A DNA stretch of 62,729 bases, filler included, from Nitrospinota bacterium (lineage in GTDB: Bacteria > JAUXIQ01), in NCBI GenBank assembly GCA_030620925.1. It is 10 parts of 10 records of this genome, joined end to end, with 100 filler letters (N's around TTAATTAATTAA, not from the genome) between each part and the next. Parts side by side here need not be neighbours in the genome. Positions count along the whole stretch, not along the records: positions 9,439 to 24,476 come from JAUXIQ010000012.1; positions 24,577 to 27,342 come from JAUXIQ010000409.1; positions 27,443 to 33,644 come from JAUXIQ010000132.1; 7 more parts are not named here. The stretch is one strand, 5' to 3'. The translations under genes were made by a program, and so were the position numbers. The notes under the pieces are model-generated. The model had not been told where the DNA came from. It worked only from the letters and a program-made list of their open reading frames with translations, and did not search any database. Below, piece by piece: positions 20,274 through 32,452 of the stretch; the first letter of the stretch is position 1; each line of letters begins with the position of its first letter.

Positions 20274-21032
20274 TCAGCCGACCGGCCCGACCGAGGAGAG
20301 GTAGACAGCCATTTCCTCCTTTCCGTCAACCTTCAATATCTCATTCACCTCTTCGTCGTAAAAGGCCCCGATGGCGCAGCACCCTAACCCCATAGCAGCG
20401 CATGCCAGATAGAGGTTTTCACACAGGTGCCCGGCATCCAGATAAATATATCTGTATGCCCTCTCATCATATTTCCATTTTGATCTGTTAACGCAGGCTG
20501 TCCATATAAAAACCACCGACGCCTTGGCGGCAATGGGTTGATCGAGGGCGGCGGCAGCGGTGCGCCCGGAGTAATCGCCGGGGGAGAGGAGCTCCAGACA
20601 GGCGTTAGGCACCTGGAAATGATACACTCCCTGATCGAGTTCTTCCACCCTGTTCACCACCAGGTAGGTCTCTATAGGGTAGAGGGCGCCCGCGGAAGGA
20701 GCAGTCCTCAACAGGTATGAGCCCATGCTCGCCGTCACCCCCTGAATCGCCCATAATAGTTGCGACAAAGTTTTCAGATCCATGGGTTTCTCGGCATAGC
20801 GCCTCTCAGAACGCCTGCTAAGGAGTGCATCCCATAAGCCCATCCCGCCCTGGCGTTCAGCCTCCGGAAGTGTGACCACCTTGACAGGATTTGAATAAGT
20901 CTTGTACATCGAAGGGCGAGAGGAAATCTCCAGCAATCTCACGGGCATCGCATGGCGTCGATACTTGGTAGATTCCTGATAAATATCTCCTACTCCCTGC
21001 CGTTCTTCCTGATTCACTTTTGCTACCTCCAC
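20274..21032 (-). CDS. SagB/ThcOx-family FMN nitroreductase-like protein
   Basis: RRSERRY, RTAPSAGALYP, KY.ERAYRY...DAGH..ENLYL motifs. Confidence 0.9.
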   Translation of the reverse strand: MEVAKVNQEERQGVGDIYQESTKYRRHAMPVRLLEISSRPSMYKTYSNPVKVVTLPEAERQGGMGLWDALLSRRSERRYAEKPMDLKTLSQLLWAIQGVTASMGSYLLRTAPSAGALYPIETYLVVNRVEELDQGVYHFQVPNACLELLSPGDYSGRTAAAALDQPIAAKASVVFIWTACVNRSKWKYDERAYRYIYLDAGHLCENLYLACAAMGLGCCAIGAFYDEEVNEILKVDGKEEMAVYLSSVGPVG

Positions 21033-21307
21033 TCATCCTGAACGTGCTCTTAGGGGCATTTCTCATGCCTGCAAGTTGATGCAAATTCTATTACCTTGAA
21101 GCCGGGCTCATCAGAATACTCTACTATATTTTCACTGCGACCAGAAAGTATTGATGGAAAATTACAGTGAACCTATATATTAATGAAAAACTATTTTTAC
21201 TTGACTTTAGGTCGTTGTATAAACTATTTTGATTAGCTCGAAGGGTTCAACAATCGTTACTTTCCTGAACATCCTGCTTAACAGAATCTACGGGAGTTGT
21301 GGCTATT

Positions 21308-22507
21308 ATGGCAGCGATAAAAAAGCTGTCCATAAAACAGCTCAAACTTAAAGGGAAAAAGGTCTTCCTCAGGCTTGATCTTAATGTGCCTCTATCAGAA
21401 AACGGGGCCATCACCGACCAGACCAGAATCCTGGCCGCCCTTCCCACTATAAAATACATCATCGATCAAGGGGGACATCTAATAATTTCATCCCATCTGG
21501 GCCGACCCGCGGGAAAAGTCCAGCCGAATCTGAGCCTCAAACCGGTGGCTCACGCCCTTTCCTCACACCTGGGAAAGGAAGTACCCCTCGCACCACACTA
21601 TAGCCTGGGGGAAAAGGTCCTTCAGATGGTAAACTCCTTGCAAAAAGGCGATGTTCTTCTCCTGGAAAACCTGCGATTTTATAAGGGTGAAACACAAAAC
21701 GATCCCGAGTTCGCACAGGCTCTGGCGGCGTTCGGCGACGTTTACGTCAATGACGCTTTCGGCGTTTCGCACCGGGCTCATGCCTCAGTATGCGGGATAA
21801 CCCAGTTCATAAAGCCATGTGCGGCGGGCTTCCTCATGGGAAAGGAAATCGAGCACTTAAGCCGCCTTATCTCAAAGCCGGCGCGCCCGTTCATCGCCCT
21901 GCTGGGGGGCGCCAAAGTGTCGGATAAGTTGGGCATCATTGAAAATCTGATGGAGAAATTCGATGCCCTCTTAATAGGAGGCGGCATGGCATATACCTTC
22001 CTCATGGCCAAGGGCTTCGAGGTGGGCAGATCCATTGTAGAAAAGGACAAACTCGACACCACCTCCTCCATAATCAAAAGTACAGATATTAGGGGCATTA
22101 AGCTGGAGTTGACTGAAGACCACGTTATCGCCCGTGAGTTGAAAGACGCTGCGCAGACCACGGTGGTAAACACCTCCGACATACCCGAAGACTGGCTGGC
22201 GCTGGATATCGGGCCTCGCACCATCGAGCTTTTCATCAAAGAGATCATGAACGCCAAAACCATACTCTGGAACGGCCCCATGGGGGTTTTCGAGATTGAA
22301 GCTTTCCGCGCTGGCACTGAAGCCGTGGGCCGCGCTGTTGCAGAGTCAGGCGCAGTGAGCGTGGTGTGCGGTGGAGATACCGCCGCCGCTGTCAACAGTC
22401 TGGGCCTGGCACATAAGATGACCCACATCTCCACGGGGGGGGGAGCAGCCCTGGAATTCCTCGAAGGTGAAGAATTGCCTGGCATAGCGGCGCTCGACGA
22501 CGCCTGA
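21308..22507 (+). CDS. pgk: Phosphoglycerate kinase
   Basis: RLDLNVP, SHLGRP, LLENLRF, NDAFG.SHR, GGAKVSDK, WNGPMGVFE and STGGGA motifs. Confidence 0.98.
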   Translation: MAAIKKLSIKQLKLKGKKVFLRLDLNVPLSENGAITDQTRILAALPTIKYIIDQGGHLIISSHLGRPAGKVQPNLSLKPVAHALSSHLGKEVPLAPHYSLGEKVLQMVNSLQKGDVLLLENLRFYKGETQNDPEFAQALAAFGDVYVNDAFGVSHRAHASVCGITQFIKPCAAGFLMGKEIEHLSRLISKPARPFIALLGGAKVSDKLGIIENLMEKFDALLIGGGMAYTFLMAKGFEVGRSIVEKDKLDTTSSIIKSTDIRGIKLELTEDHVIARELKDAAQTTVVNTSDIPEDWLALDIGPRTIELFIKEIMNAKTILWNGPMGVFEIEAFRAGTEAVGRAVAESGAVSVVCGGDTAAAVNSLGLAHKMTHISTGGGAALEFLEGEELPGIAALDDA

Positions 22508-22572
22508 AATCACAGCCAATAGCCGCGCAACAATAGTAAAGTGCGTATATATCCTTATAACCGAAGGGAAGA

Positions 22573-23745
22573 ATGAAAGATAAACTGTTTACAGCAGATT
22601 ACAAACAGATAAAAAATGGTGAGCTGACGGACGTTTATTTCCAACGGACGCTGGAGGTGCTTAAGGCCCGGGGAATAAACAAGAGGGTGCGCGCCGAACT
22701 CATCATCAAAAATTTTCCCGGCCAATGGGAATGGGGCGTCTTCACCGGCCTCCATGATTGTTGTAGACTCATGGAGGGCATGGACGTTATCATCAGGGCC
22801 GTTCCCGAGGGCACCATCTTCAGGGACCTCTTCCCGGTTATGGAGATAGAGGGGAACTATACCGATTTCTGTATCTACGAAACTGCTCTGCTGGGGTTCA
22901 TATGTCAACCTTCGGGAGTGGCCACCAAAGCCGCGCGTTGCAGGGTGGCGGCGGGGGAAAAGGGGCTTGTGCATTTCGGCGCCCGCCGCATCTACCCGTC
23001 CATCGTGCCCATGATAGACAAGAACGCTTATATGGGAGGATGCGACAGCGTTTCCGTAACCCTCAGCGCCCGCATGATGGGGCAGGAACCGGCGGGGACC
23101 ATCCCCCACGCACTCATCCTGGTGATGGGGGACGCCGTGGAAGCCCTCAAAGCGTTCCACGAGGTCATACCCAAAGACGTGGCCAGGGTTGCATTAATAG
23201 ACACTTTCAACGACGAAAAATTCGAGGCCCTCAACGTCGCCAAGGCACTGGGGAAAGACCTTTTCGCCATAAGGTTTGACACCCCGAAATCGAGACGCGG
23301 AGACTTCCTGCAACTACTCAAAGAAGTCAGATGGGAACTGGACATAAGGGGTTACGAGGATGTTAAGATATTCGTCAGCGGAGGGGTTGACGAAGATGAT
23401 ATAATCTCTCTCAAATCCGTGGTGGATTCTTTCGGGGTAGGAACCGCCATCAGTAACGCACCAGTGCTCGATTTCTCCATGGATATAGTTGAGATAGAGG
23501 GCGAACCGATAGCCAAAAGGGGGAAAATGTCCGGACCAAAAGACTTTCTGCGCTGCGCCCGGTGCGGTAAGGACGAGTTGCTGCCCTTGGGAGACTCAAA
23601 GACCCTTTGCCAGTGCGGTGGAAAATTAGAGTCGGTTTTAGAAGTTATAGTCAATCACGGTAAAATCACCAGGCAGGAACCTGACCCCAAAGAAATCAGG
23701 GATTACATACTACAGCAGCTAAAACAAGTGGCGGTATCAGAGTAG
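22573..23745 (+). CDS. pncB: Nicotinate phosphoribosyltransferase (archaeal-like subtype with C-terminal Cys cluster)
   Basis: TDVYF, HFGARR, GTIPHA, RFDTP.SRRG, SGG, GVGT and AKRGK motifs. Confidence 0.88.
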   Translation: MKDKLFTADYKQIKNGELTDVYFQRTLEVLKARGINKRVRAELIIKNFPGQWEWGVFTGLHDCCRLMEGMDVIIRAVPEGTIFRDLFPVMEIEGNYTDFCIYETALLGFICQPSGVATKAARCRVAAGEKGLVHFGARRIYPSIVPMIDKNAYMGGCDSVSVTLSARMMGQEPAGTIPHALILVMGDAVEALKAFHEVIPKDVARVALIDTFNDEKFEALNVAKALGKDLFAIRFDTPKSRRGDFLQLLKEVRWELDIRGYEDVKIFVSGGVDEDDIISLKSVVDSFGVGTAISNAPVLDFSMDIVEIEGEPIAKRGKMSGPKDFLRCARCGKDELLPLGDSKTLCQCGGKLESVLEVIVNHGKITRQEPDPKEIRDYILQQLKQVAVSE

Positions 23746-23818
23746 GAGTCTGGGCACGAACTGGATGGCCCGAAATTAAACCAAAATTTCCATCACAATC
23801 ATGGGAGGAGGGTATCTA

Positions 23819-24448
23819 ATGCTAGTCAGGCACAGGATGCAAACTGATCCAATCACCATCAGAAAAAATGATTCTTTACGCCTAGCTGCCGACATGCTCA
23901 AGGAGAAAAGAATCAGGACCCTGCCGGTGGTAGATGGTCGAAAATTAGTGGGGGTAGTCACCGACAGGGACGTTCGGCAGGCCCAGGCATCTTCAGCCAC
24001 AAGCCTCGAGGTGCGCGAGCTCTACTACCTCCTTGAAAAAATAAGAGTAGAAGACATAATGACTAAAAACGTCATCACCGTCACCCCCGACACAACTATA
24101 GAGGACTCCGCAAAGCTGCTCCACGATAAAATGATAGGGGGCCTGCCGGTTGTCGACGAAAAAGGCGAACTGGAGGGGGTAATAACCGAGACCGACGTCC
24201 TGGAAGTCCTCCTGGAAGTATTGGGCATGAGTGAGGAAAGCGATCGCATGGAGGTTATCCTTGACGACAAGCCTGGTCAGCTTGCAGAGGTCACCAAGAT
24301 AATCAAGGGCCACAACGTGAACATCCTGAGCGTGGTCACCACCAAAGGGCCCTCCAAAGGGAAGAGGGCTTGCGTCTTGCGACTCAAGACCACCGAGCTC
24401 GGTGACATTAAAAAAGAGTTGGGAGGGGCAGGCTTCGAAGTAATCTAA
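23819..24448 (+). CDS. CBS-pair plus ACT domain protein (AcuB-like)
   Basis: Two CBS repeats followed by DKPGQL ACT motif. Confidence 0.88.
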   Translation: MLVRHRMQTDPITIRKNDSLRLAADMLKEKRIRTLPVVDGRKLVGVVTDRDVRQAQASSATSLEVRELYYLLEKIRVEDIMTKNVITVTPDTTIEDSAKLLHDKMIGGLPVVDEKGELEGVITETDVLEVLLEVLGMSEESDRMEVILDDKPGQLAEVTKIIKGHNVNILSVVTTKGPSKGKRACVLRLKTTELGDIKKELGGAGFEVI

Positions 24449-24578
24449 AATCGAGGGGCTGATTCCCCGGGGCGGANNNNNNNNNNNNNNNNNNNNNNNN
24501 NNNNNNNNNNNNNNNNNNNNTTAATTAATTAANNNNNNNNNNNNNNNNNNNNNNNNNNNNNNNNNNNNNNNNNNNNTC

Positions 24579-25406
24579 TCCTTTTTCTTCAACGTGCACA
24601 ACAATTTCTTCGAGGAAGTGGCCAAGTTCAGAGCCGCCCGGCGGATGTGGGCGCGCATCATGCGGGAACGCTTCGGCGCGCAGAGCGACGAGTCGTTAAA
24701 GCTTCGCTTCCATACCCAGACCGCCGGCAGCACCCTCACCGCCCAGCAGCCGGACAACAACGTTGTCCGGGTCGCCATCCAGGCGTTGGCGGCGGTTATG
24801 GGAGGCACCCAGTCCCTGCACACCAATTCCCGCGACGAGGCGCTGGCGCTGCCTTCGGAGGACTCGGTGCGTATCGCCCTGCGCACCCAGCAGATAATAG
24901 CCCACGAGAGCGGCGTCGCCGATACCATCGACGGCATGGCCGGCTCCTACCTGATAGAGTCGCTCACCGATGAGATCGAACTGCGGGCGATGGAGTACAT
25001 CACCAAGATAGACGACCTGGGCGGCATGCTGTCGGCCATAGAAGACGGTTACGTGCAGCGCGAAATCCAGGAGAGCGCCTATCAGTATCAGAAGCAGGTG
25101 GAAAGCGAGGAGCAGGTGGTGGTGGGGGTGAACAGGTACCCGTTGGAAGAAGAAGAGCACATGGGGCTGCTGAAAATCGATCCCGCCATCGAAGAGAACC
25201 AGAAAGAGAAGCTGGGCTTACTTCGCGGTGAGCGAGAGGGCAAGAAGGTAGAAGGCCACCTGGACAAGCTGAAAGAGATCGCCAGGGAAGACGGCAACGT
25301 GGTGCCTTGTATATTGGAATGCGTGCGCAGCCTGGCCACCCTGGGAGAAATCTCCGACGCCCTGCGCGAGGTCTACGGCGAATACAAAGAAAACATCACC
25401 ATTTGA
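24579..25406 (+). CDS. Methylmalonyl-CoA mutase family large subunit, C-terminal part (5' truncated)
   Basis: [39 protein letters not shown] and ATLGEI motifs. Confidence 0.93.
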   Translation, partial: SFFFNVHNNFFEEVAKFRAARRMWARIMRERFGAQSDESLKLRFHTQTAGSTLTAQQPDNNVVRVAIQALAAVMGGTQSLHTNSRDEALALPSEDSVRIALRTQQIIAHESGVADTIDGMAGSYLIESLTDEIELRAMEYITKIDDLGGMLSAIEDGYVQREIQESAYQYQKQVESEEQVVVGVNRYPLEEEEHMGLLKIDPAIEENQKEKLGLLRGEREGKKVEGHLDKLKEIAREDGNVVPCILECVRSLATLGEISDALREVYGEYKENITI

Positions 25407-25974
25407 GGTCTGGAGAAATGAAAGGTCATCCAACTTATTATATGCTTAGCGATGACGAATTATGGGAGCGCATCGAGAAACTCGAAAACCGGGAATTCGA
25501 GACGATTGCCTTTGGTAAAATACACCGGATAAAAAAAGTTTTTGACAACAGGATAGAGGTAGAGGACACCGTTCAAGCTATATATAAAAACAGCGAATAT
25601 GGGATACTTGACGCTTATCATCAATTATTTAAGATTGGAAAAATCTGCAACAAAGACTATAACAGTTTGGCTGTCGGAATTCTATTGGAAGCAATGTCGG
25701 AACAGATAGAAAAATGGGAAGAAAACGGTGAAACTGGATTGAGAATCAAGACTTTCGATTGGGTTCATTCTAATGGTATCTCAATAAAAGAAAGGCCTGA
25801 ACTCTTTTGGGAACTTATTTTAGCCTGTCAACATGCTATAAAAAAAGAGAGCATAAACCCTATCCTTGAGTTAATAGAGTCCTGGAAGGAGACAGCGGAG
25901 ATAACCTCTGATAAACAACTCGTGAAAGAATTGAAACAGGCTGAGAAGGAATATGGAGCGGGAGATATCATACC

Positions 25975-27342
<1,368 letters not shown>

Positions 27343-27442
27343 NNNNNNNNNNNNNNNNNNNNNNNNNNNNNNNNNNNNNNNNNNNNTTAATTAATTAANN
27401 NNNNNNNNNNNNNNNNNNNNNNNNNNNNNNNNNNNNNNNNNN

Positions 27443-27661
27443 CCCGTAGACCCGCATACGGTTGTAATAGGGGAGGTGGGGCTGGCAGGTGAAGTGAGGG
27501 CAGTGCCCCATATGGAGGCCAGACTTAAAGAGGCCCGGAAGCTTGGCTTCAAACGATGTATTATACCCGTCAAAAACAGGACTGACACGGCTGAGGAACC
27601 TGCTTTTCAGAGGATAGCGGTGAATTCGGTGGCGGAGGCGCTGGAAGAGGTATTTTATTAG
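27443..27661 (+). CDS. radA: DNA repair protein RadA/Sms, C-terminal fragment
   Basis: IGEVGLAGEVR.V.....RLKEA.KLGF; precedes carD-ispD. Confidence 0.88.
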   Translation, partial: PVDPHTVVIGEVGLAGEVRAVPHMEARLKEARKLGFKRCIIPVKNRTDTAEEPAFQRIAVNSVAEALEEVFY

Positions 27662-27777
27662 TATTATCAATAGCTTTGGCTAATATAATGATCGGAATGG
27701 TTTGACGATAATGAAAAATGGTGATAATATTAATAGTGTGGGGTTTTACGACTTATAGCGGGGGAGGGATATTATAG

Positions 27778-28254
27778 ATGTTTAAAGCAGGTGACAAAGT
27801 AGTTTACCCCGGGCATGGGGTTGCAGTTGTAGAAGGTATTATGAAGAAGGAGTTTTCCGGTAAATCCAAAAATTTCTACAAGTTGAGGCTGTCCGATAAC
27901 GAGTTGGTGATTATGGTACCCACCTCCAATGTGGAAAAGGTGGGCTTGCGGGAAGTAATAGCCGGAAAAGAAGTTTCCAAGATAATGAAAATTCTCAGAG
28001 GTGAATCCTCGGAATTACCTGCTAACTGGAACAGGAGGCAGAAGAAGTATCAGGAAAGGATACAATCGGGCTCTGTTTTTGAGGTTGCAAAGGTATTCAG
28101 GGACCTTTCGCTGCTGAAGGCGCACAAGGAACTCTCTTTCGGGGAGAAAAAGGTTCTGGATAACGCCAAGAACCTGATAGTAAACGAAATAGCGGAGGCC
28201 AAAGGAATAGCCACCACAAAGGCTGAATCCATGATCCAGAAAGTGTTTCTCTGA
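27778..28254 (+). CDS. carD: CarD family transcriptional regulator
   Basis: FKAGDKVVYPGHGV and WNRR motifs. Confidence 0.93.
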   Translation: MFKAGDKVVYPGHGVAVVEGIMKKEFSGKSKNFYKLRLSDNELVIMVPTSNVEKVGLREVIAGKEVSKIMKILRGESSELPANWNRRQKKYQERIQSGSVFEVAKVFRDLSLLKAHKELSFGEKKVLDNAKNLIVNEIAEAKGIATTKAESMIQKVFL

Positions 28255-28347
28255 GAGGGAATACTTTGCATTCGATGCGTTGCACAAGGTTTTATCGATA
28301 TAAATTTTTTATTATATGCTTCTAATTGGGAAGGGGGGTCATACCTG

Positions 28348-29373
28348 ATGATTTGGATAAGTGTTGTTTTACTTGTTGCAAGCGGCTTTTTGGGCTATCT
28401 ACTGGGAAGCCGGCTCTCAACGGACCCACTGGCACCTTATTACGGCCTCGGCGTTGGGTTGCTCATATCCATAGGTGTAATAAGCGTCGAAAAGAGGCTC
28501 AGGGCGGTGTCGGGTAAAGCGATAATCGGTGGTCTGATAGGTCTTATCCTGGGGCTCGTTGTAGCGAACCTCCTTAGTTATTCTTTACTCTTATTGCCCG
28601 GCCAGGAACATGGTATAAACACTTTGCTCAGAGTGTTCATAAATGCTTCTTTTGGTTATATTGGTGTGGTGATGGGGCTGAAGAAAGGGGAAAAATTCGA
28701 TTTTGCCGATCTCAAGAACTCATCCCCAGAAGGACCGTATGGGGAAAACGTAAAGATTTTGGATACCAGCGTTATCATAGACGGCCGGATAGCCGATATT
28801 TGTGAGACAGGCTTTCTGGAAGGTACGCTGATTATTCCTCAATTCATCCTTAAAGAATTACAACATATAGCCGATTCTTCTGATTCTGTGAAAAGGAACA
28901 GGGGCAGAAGGGGGCTGGATATTTTGCACAAGATACAGAGAAACGTCGATGCGACCACTAAGATAGTTGAGCAGGATTTTCCCAAGATCAGGGAGGTGGA
29001 TGGCAAACTGGTGGCGCTGGGAAAGGTGCTGAGCGCCAAGTTACTGACCAACGATTTCAACCTCAACAAAGTGGCCGAGCTGCAAGGAGTGCCTGTCCTC
29101 AATATTAATCAATTGGCCAACGCGGTTAAACCCGTGGTTCTTCCCGGTGAATTCCTGAATGTATATATCCTTAAGGAAGGAAAGGAATACGGGCAGGGCG
29201 TGGCCTACCTTGATGACGGCACCATGGTGGTGGTGGATAACGCCAGAAAGCATCTGAGCAAAACGGTTGAAGTATGTGTCACCAGCGTGCTTCAGACCAC
29301 TGCGGGCAGGATGATATTTACCCGTCTTAAAGAAGAGGTGAACAGGGAAGAAGGCGTGAGGTCTTCGGCATAG
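28348..29373 (+). CDS. Membrane PIN/TRAM domain protein (YacL family)
   Basis: Four TM helices, LDTSVIIDGRI, RGRRGLD and YLDDGTMVVV motifs. Confidence 0.93.
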   Translation: MIWISVVLLVASGFLGYLLGSRLSTDPLAPYYGLGVGLLISIGVISVEKRLRAVSGKAIIGGLIGLILGLVVANLLSYSLLLLPGQEHGINTLLRVFINASFGYIGVVMGLKKGEKFDFADLKNSSPEGPYGENVKILDTSVIIDGRIADICETGFLEGTLIIPQFILKELQHIADSSDSVKRNRGRRGLDILHKIQRNVDATTKIVEQDFPKIREVDGKLVALGKVLSAKLLTNDFNLNKVAELQGVPVLNINQLANAVKPVVLPGEFLNVYILKEGKEYGQGVAYLDDGTMVVVDNARKHLSKTVEVCVTSVLQTTAGRMIFTRLKEEVNREEGVRSSA

Positions 29374-29577
29374 GAGAAGTCGCCGAGGGTCGGAAGGGAC
29401 TTCCTCAGGATTTTAAGGCCGGGAAAACGATGCGTTGAGAAGGATAGGTAGCCTCTGTGCAATGTAGCGCAGGGGCTACCGTTCTATGGTTTATCCTAGT
29501 TGTAGCCTGCCAGCTCCTTATTGTTTCTCTGCATCCCCCTAATGTTCCTGGATGTTATTGCGTTGCTGGGAAGGGAA

Positions 29578-30276
29578 GTGAGAGTTTACGCTATCATACC
29601 CGCAGCCGGAAGAGGCACCCGGATGGGGACTGAGACCCCCAAACAGTACTCTTTGCTCGGGGGCAGGCCCCTGCTGGTCAGCACGCTGGAAGTTTTCGAG
29701 CGGTGCGCTCTCGTGCAAGGGGTCATCCTGGTGACGGCGCCCTCGATGGAAGATTTCTGCAAACGAGAAATAGTAGAAAAATTCGGTATTTGCAAGGTGG
29801 AAAGCATTGTACACGGAGGCCGGGAGAGGCAGGAATCAGTTTATCGAGGGCTCAAGGCCATACCCGAGGCCGATATAGTGGCGGTTCATGATGCTGTGAG
29901 GCCCCTTCTCCCCATGAAGCTGTTGGAGGAGAGCATCAAGGAGGCTGAGAGATGGGGCGCAGCGGCTCCGGCGGTGCGGCTGACCGATACCCTGAAAACT
30001 GTTGACGGCGGGGAGGTTTCCTCGGGCACTGTGGACAGAACGTTGCTGAGGGCGGTTCAAACTCCCCAGACCTTCAAGTACGAAATTTTACTCGAAGCCA
30101 TGGAAAATGCCGCCAGGGATGGTTTTACCGGCACGGATGAGACAAGCGCGGTAGAGCGCGCGGGCTACAAAGTCAAACTCATAGAAGGTTCTCCGCTGAA
30201 CATCAAGGTGACCACACAAGATGATATGGCCCTCGCTGAAGCTATACTGAAAACGGACAGTTCCCGGGGGGTATAA
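29578..30276 (+). CDS. ispD: 2-C-methyl-D-erythritol 4-phosphate cytidylyltransferase
   Basis: PAAGRGTRM, PKQY, GG.ERQESV, HDAVRP, QTPQ and NIKVTT motifs. Confidence 0.96.
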   Translation: MRVYAIIPAAGRGTRMGTETPKQYSLLGGRPLLVSTLEVFERCALVQGVILVTAPSMEDFCKREIVEKFGICKVESIVHGGRERQESVYRGLKAIPEADIVAVHDAVRPLLPMKLLEESIKEAERWGAAAPAVRLTDTLKTVDGGEVSSGTVDRTLLRAVQTPQTFKYEILLEAMENAARDGFTGTDETSAVERAGYKVKLIEGSPLNIKVTTQDDMALAEAILKTDSSRGV

Positions 30277-30285
30277 GTTTAAAAA

Positions 30286-30762
30286 ATGTTCTGCATAGGG
30301 GTAGGCTACGATGTGCATCCGCTGATAGAGGGGCGGAAACTGTTTCTGGGCGGTGAGGAGGTCTCCCATCACAAGGGGCTTTCGGGGCATTCCGATGCCG
30401 ACGTCCTCATCCATTCCGTCTGCGATTCCATTTTGGGGGCCCTGGGTGCGGGGGACCTGGGCAGGATGTTCCCCGACACCGACGAGCGATACAAGGACAT
30501 TTCCAGCATGGAACTTCTCAGTGAGGTCTGCAACTTGATGAAGAAGAGGGGTTATATCCCATCCAACGTGGATGCAACGCTGGTGGCAGGCAGCCCCAGA
30601 TTGGCGAAATATATCCCACGCATGGAGCAGAACATCGCCGCAAGCCTGGGCATTGAAGGAGAGAAAGTTAACGTGAAGGCCACTAACCCTGAGGGTCTGG
30701 GAACCCTGGGAAGGGAGGAAGGGATAGCCGCCTACTCGGTATGCCTGCTGGTGAAAATATAG
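30286..30762 (+). CDS. ispF: MECDP synthase
   Basis: G.GYDVH, GHSDADV and GDLG.MFPD motifs. Confidence 0.96.
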   Translation: MFCIGVGYDVHPLIEGRKLFLGGEEVSHHKGLSGHSDADVLIHSVCDSILGALGAGDLGRMFPDTDERYKDISSMELLSEVCNLMKKRGYIPSNVDATLVAGSPRLAKYIPRMEQNIAASLGIEGEKVNVKATNPEGLGTLGREEGIAAYSVCLLVKI

Positions 30763-30776
30763 GAGCACGCTTTCGT

Positions 30777-32270
30777 ATGGCCCTGAAGGTTTACAACACT
30801 TTGACCGGCACTAAGGAGGATTTCGAGCCTCTGGAAGATGGCAAGGCAAACATGTACGTCTGCGGAGTTACGGTATACGATCACACGCACATGGGGCACG
30901 CCAGGAGCGCAGTGGTTTTCGACATCATCAGGAGGTACCTGAAGTATTCCGGTTACAGCGTCAAGTACGTGCGGAATTTCACGGACGTGGACGACAAGAT
31001 CATAGACAAGGCCAACAAAGAGGGAGTGGATTGCTCTCAAATAGCGGAACGGTTTATCGAGGAATATTATCGGGATATGGAGCGCCTGGGTGTGGAAGAC
31101 GCCGATGTTTCCCCCAGGGCCACGGATCATGTACCCCAGATGGTGGAGATGATCGAGAACCTGATAGATAAAGGCTTCGCCTATCAGGCGGGAGGGAGCG
31201 TATATTTTTCGGTCAAAAAGTTTGTTCCCTATGGAAAACTTTCCGGAAAGGATACCGACCAGCTCCTGGTCGGGGCCCGGGTCGAGGTGAATGAGATGAA
31301 GGAGGACCCGCTGGATTTTGCCCTGTGGAAGGAGTCCAAGGAGGGCGAGCCCGCCTGGGAGAGTCCCTGGGGTTTGGGCAGGCCGGGATGGCACATCGAG
31401 TGTTCGGCGATGTCAATGGCCCATCTGGGGGAAACGGTGGATATCCACGGGGGCGGCAAAGACCTCATTTTCCCTCATCACGAGAACGAAATAGCTCAGT
31501 CTGAAGCCAGCACCGATAAGGGGTTCGTCCGCTACTGGCTGCACAACGGCTTTGTGAATATAAATAAAGAGAAGATGTCGAAATCCATGGGCAACTATTT
31601 TACCGTGAAGGATATATTGGAGGATTACCACCCCGAAGCAGTCAGGCTGTTTCTTCTTTCCACTCATTACAGGAACCCCGTGGATTTCAGTGAGGATGCT
31701 CTGCAAAGGGCCAACAGGGCGCTCGATCGATACTATTCCATGATGCAGGAGATAGAAACCCTTGTGGGCGCCTCAGGAAAGATGGAGGAAGTAGAGGAGG
31801 AATCCCTTGACGAGCAAGGGAGGGGCCTTTATCAGGAAGTGGGCAGGGCCCGTGAGCTGTTTCGGGAGGCCATGGATGATGATTTCAACACCGCCCGGGC
31901 TATCGGGCAGGTGTTCGGCCTGGTTCGTAAAATCAATAGATACCTCCATGAGAAGGGCGATGGATTGGAGGTGAACGAACTGGGACTCATGAGCCTCGCT
32001 GTGGAGGTGTTGAGGGATGTCGGGGAGGTGTTGGAACTTTTCCGCCTGGACGCCGACCAGTGGTTCAAACGAAAGCTGGAGCAGGGAGAACGGGCCGAGA
32101 CTACTGAGACCCTGGACGAAGAATATATTAACCGGCGCCTTATCGAGCGGGATGAAGCCAGGAAGAAAAGGGATTGGGCTGCCGCTGATGGTATTCGAGA
32201 GGAATTGACGGCTATGGGCTTGATTATTGAGGATACTCCTAAGGGGGGCCGCTGGAAGGTGAAGGGTTGA
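30777..32270 (+). CDS. cysS: Cysteine--tRNA ligase
   Basis: CGVTVYD, HMGH, GRPGWHIEC, FPHHENE and KMSKS motifs. Confidence 0.98.
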   Translation: MALKVYNTLTGTKEDFEPLEDGKANMYVCGVTVYDHTHMGHARSAVVFDIIRRYLKYSGYSVKYVRNFTDVDDKIIDKANKEGVDCSQIAERFIEEYYRDMERLGVEDADVSPRATDHVPQMVEMIENLIDKGFAYQAGGSVYFSVKKFVPYGKLSGKDTDQLLVGARVEVNEMKEDPLDFALWKESKEGEPAWESPWGLGRPGWHIECSAMSMAHLGETVDIHGGGKDLIFPHHENEIAQSEASTDKGFVRYWLHNGFVNINKEKMSKSMGNYFTVKDILEDYHPEAVRLFLLSTHYRNPVDFSEDALQRANRALDRYYSMMQEIETLVGASGKMEEVEEESLDEQGRGLYQEVGRARELFREAMDDDFNTARAIGQVFGLVRKINRYLHEKGDGLEVNELGLMSLAVEVLRDVGEVLELFRLDADQWFKRKLEQGERAETTETLDEEYINRRLIERDEARKKRDWAAADGIREELTAMGLIIEDTPKGGRWKVKG

Positions 32271-32280
32271 AGGCTCTGAA

Positions 32281-32424
32281 GCTGGGGGGAACCCTTCTGG
32301 AGAAGGATTCCCCCCAGCCCCCCCTCCCAAGACTTTTATGATTGATAGAGGTGCTGGCACCAATGACATATTAAAAAGTTTTAGAGGGGGTTCGAGGGAG
32401 ACTTTTTACCAAAAAGGCTCCCCC
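32281..32424. repeat. Intergenic palindromic (REP-like) element
   Basis: GCTGGGGGAACCCTTCT-GG-AGAAGGATTCCCCCAGC hairpin and a second GGGAGACTTTTT..AAAAAGGCTCCC hairpin; similar motif at about 17822-17863. Confidence 0.5.
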
Positions 32425-32452
32425 GACTCTCTACGGTCATAGCCCAGGGGCT

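Noticed and set aside
20274-21032. RiPP (azole) biosynthetic cluster
   Set aside because: No YcaO, precursor peptide or transporter adjacent.
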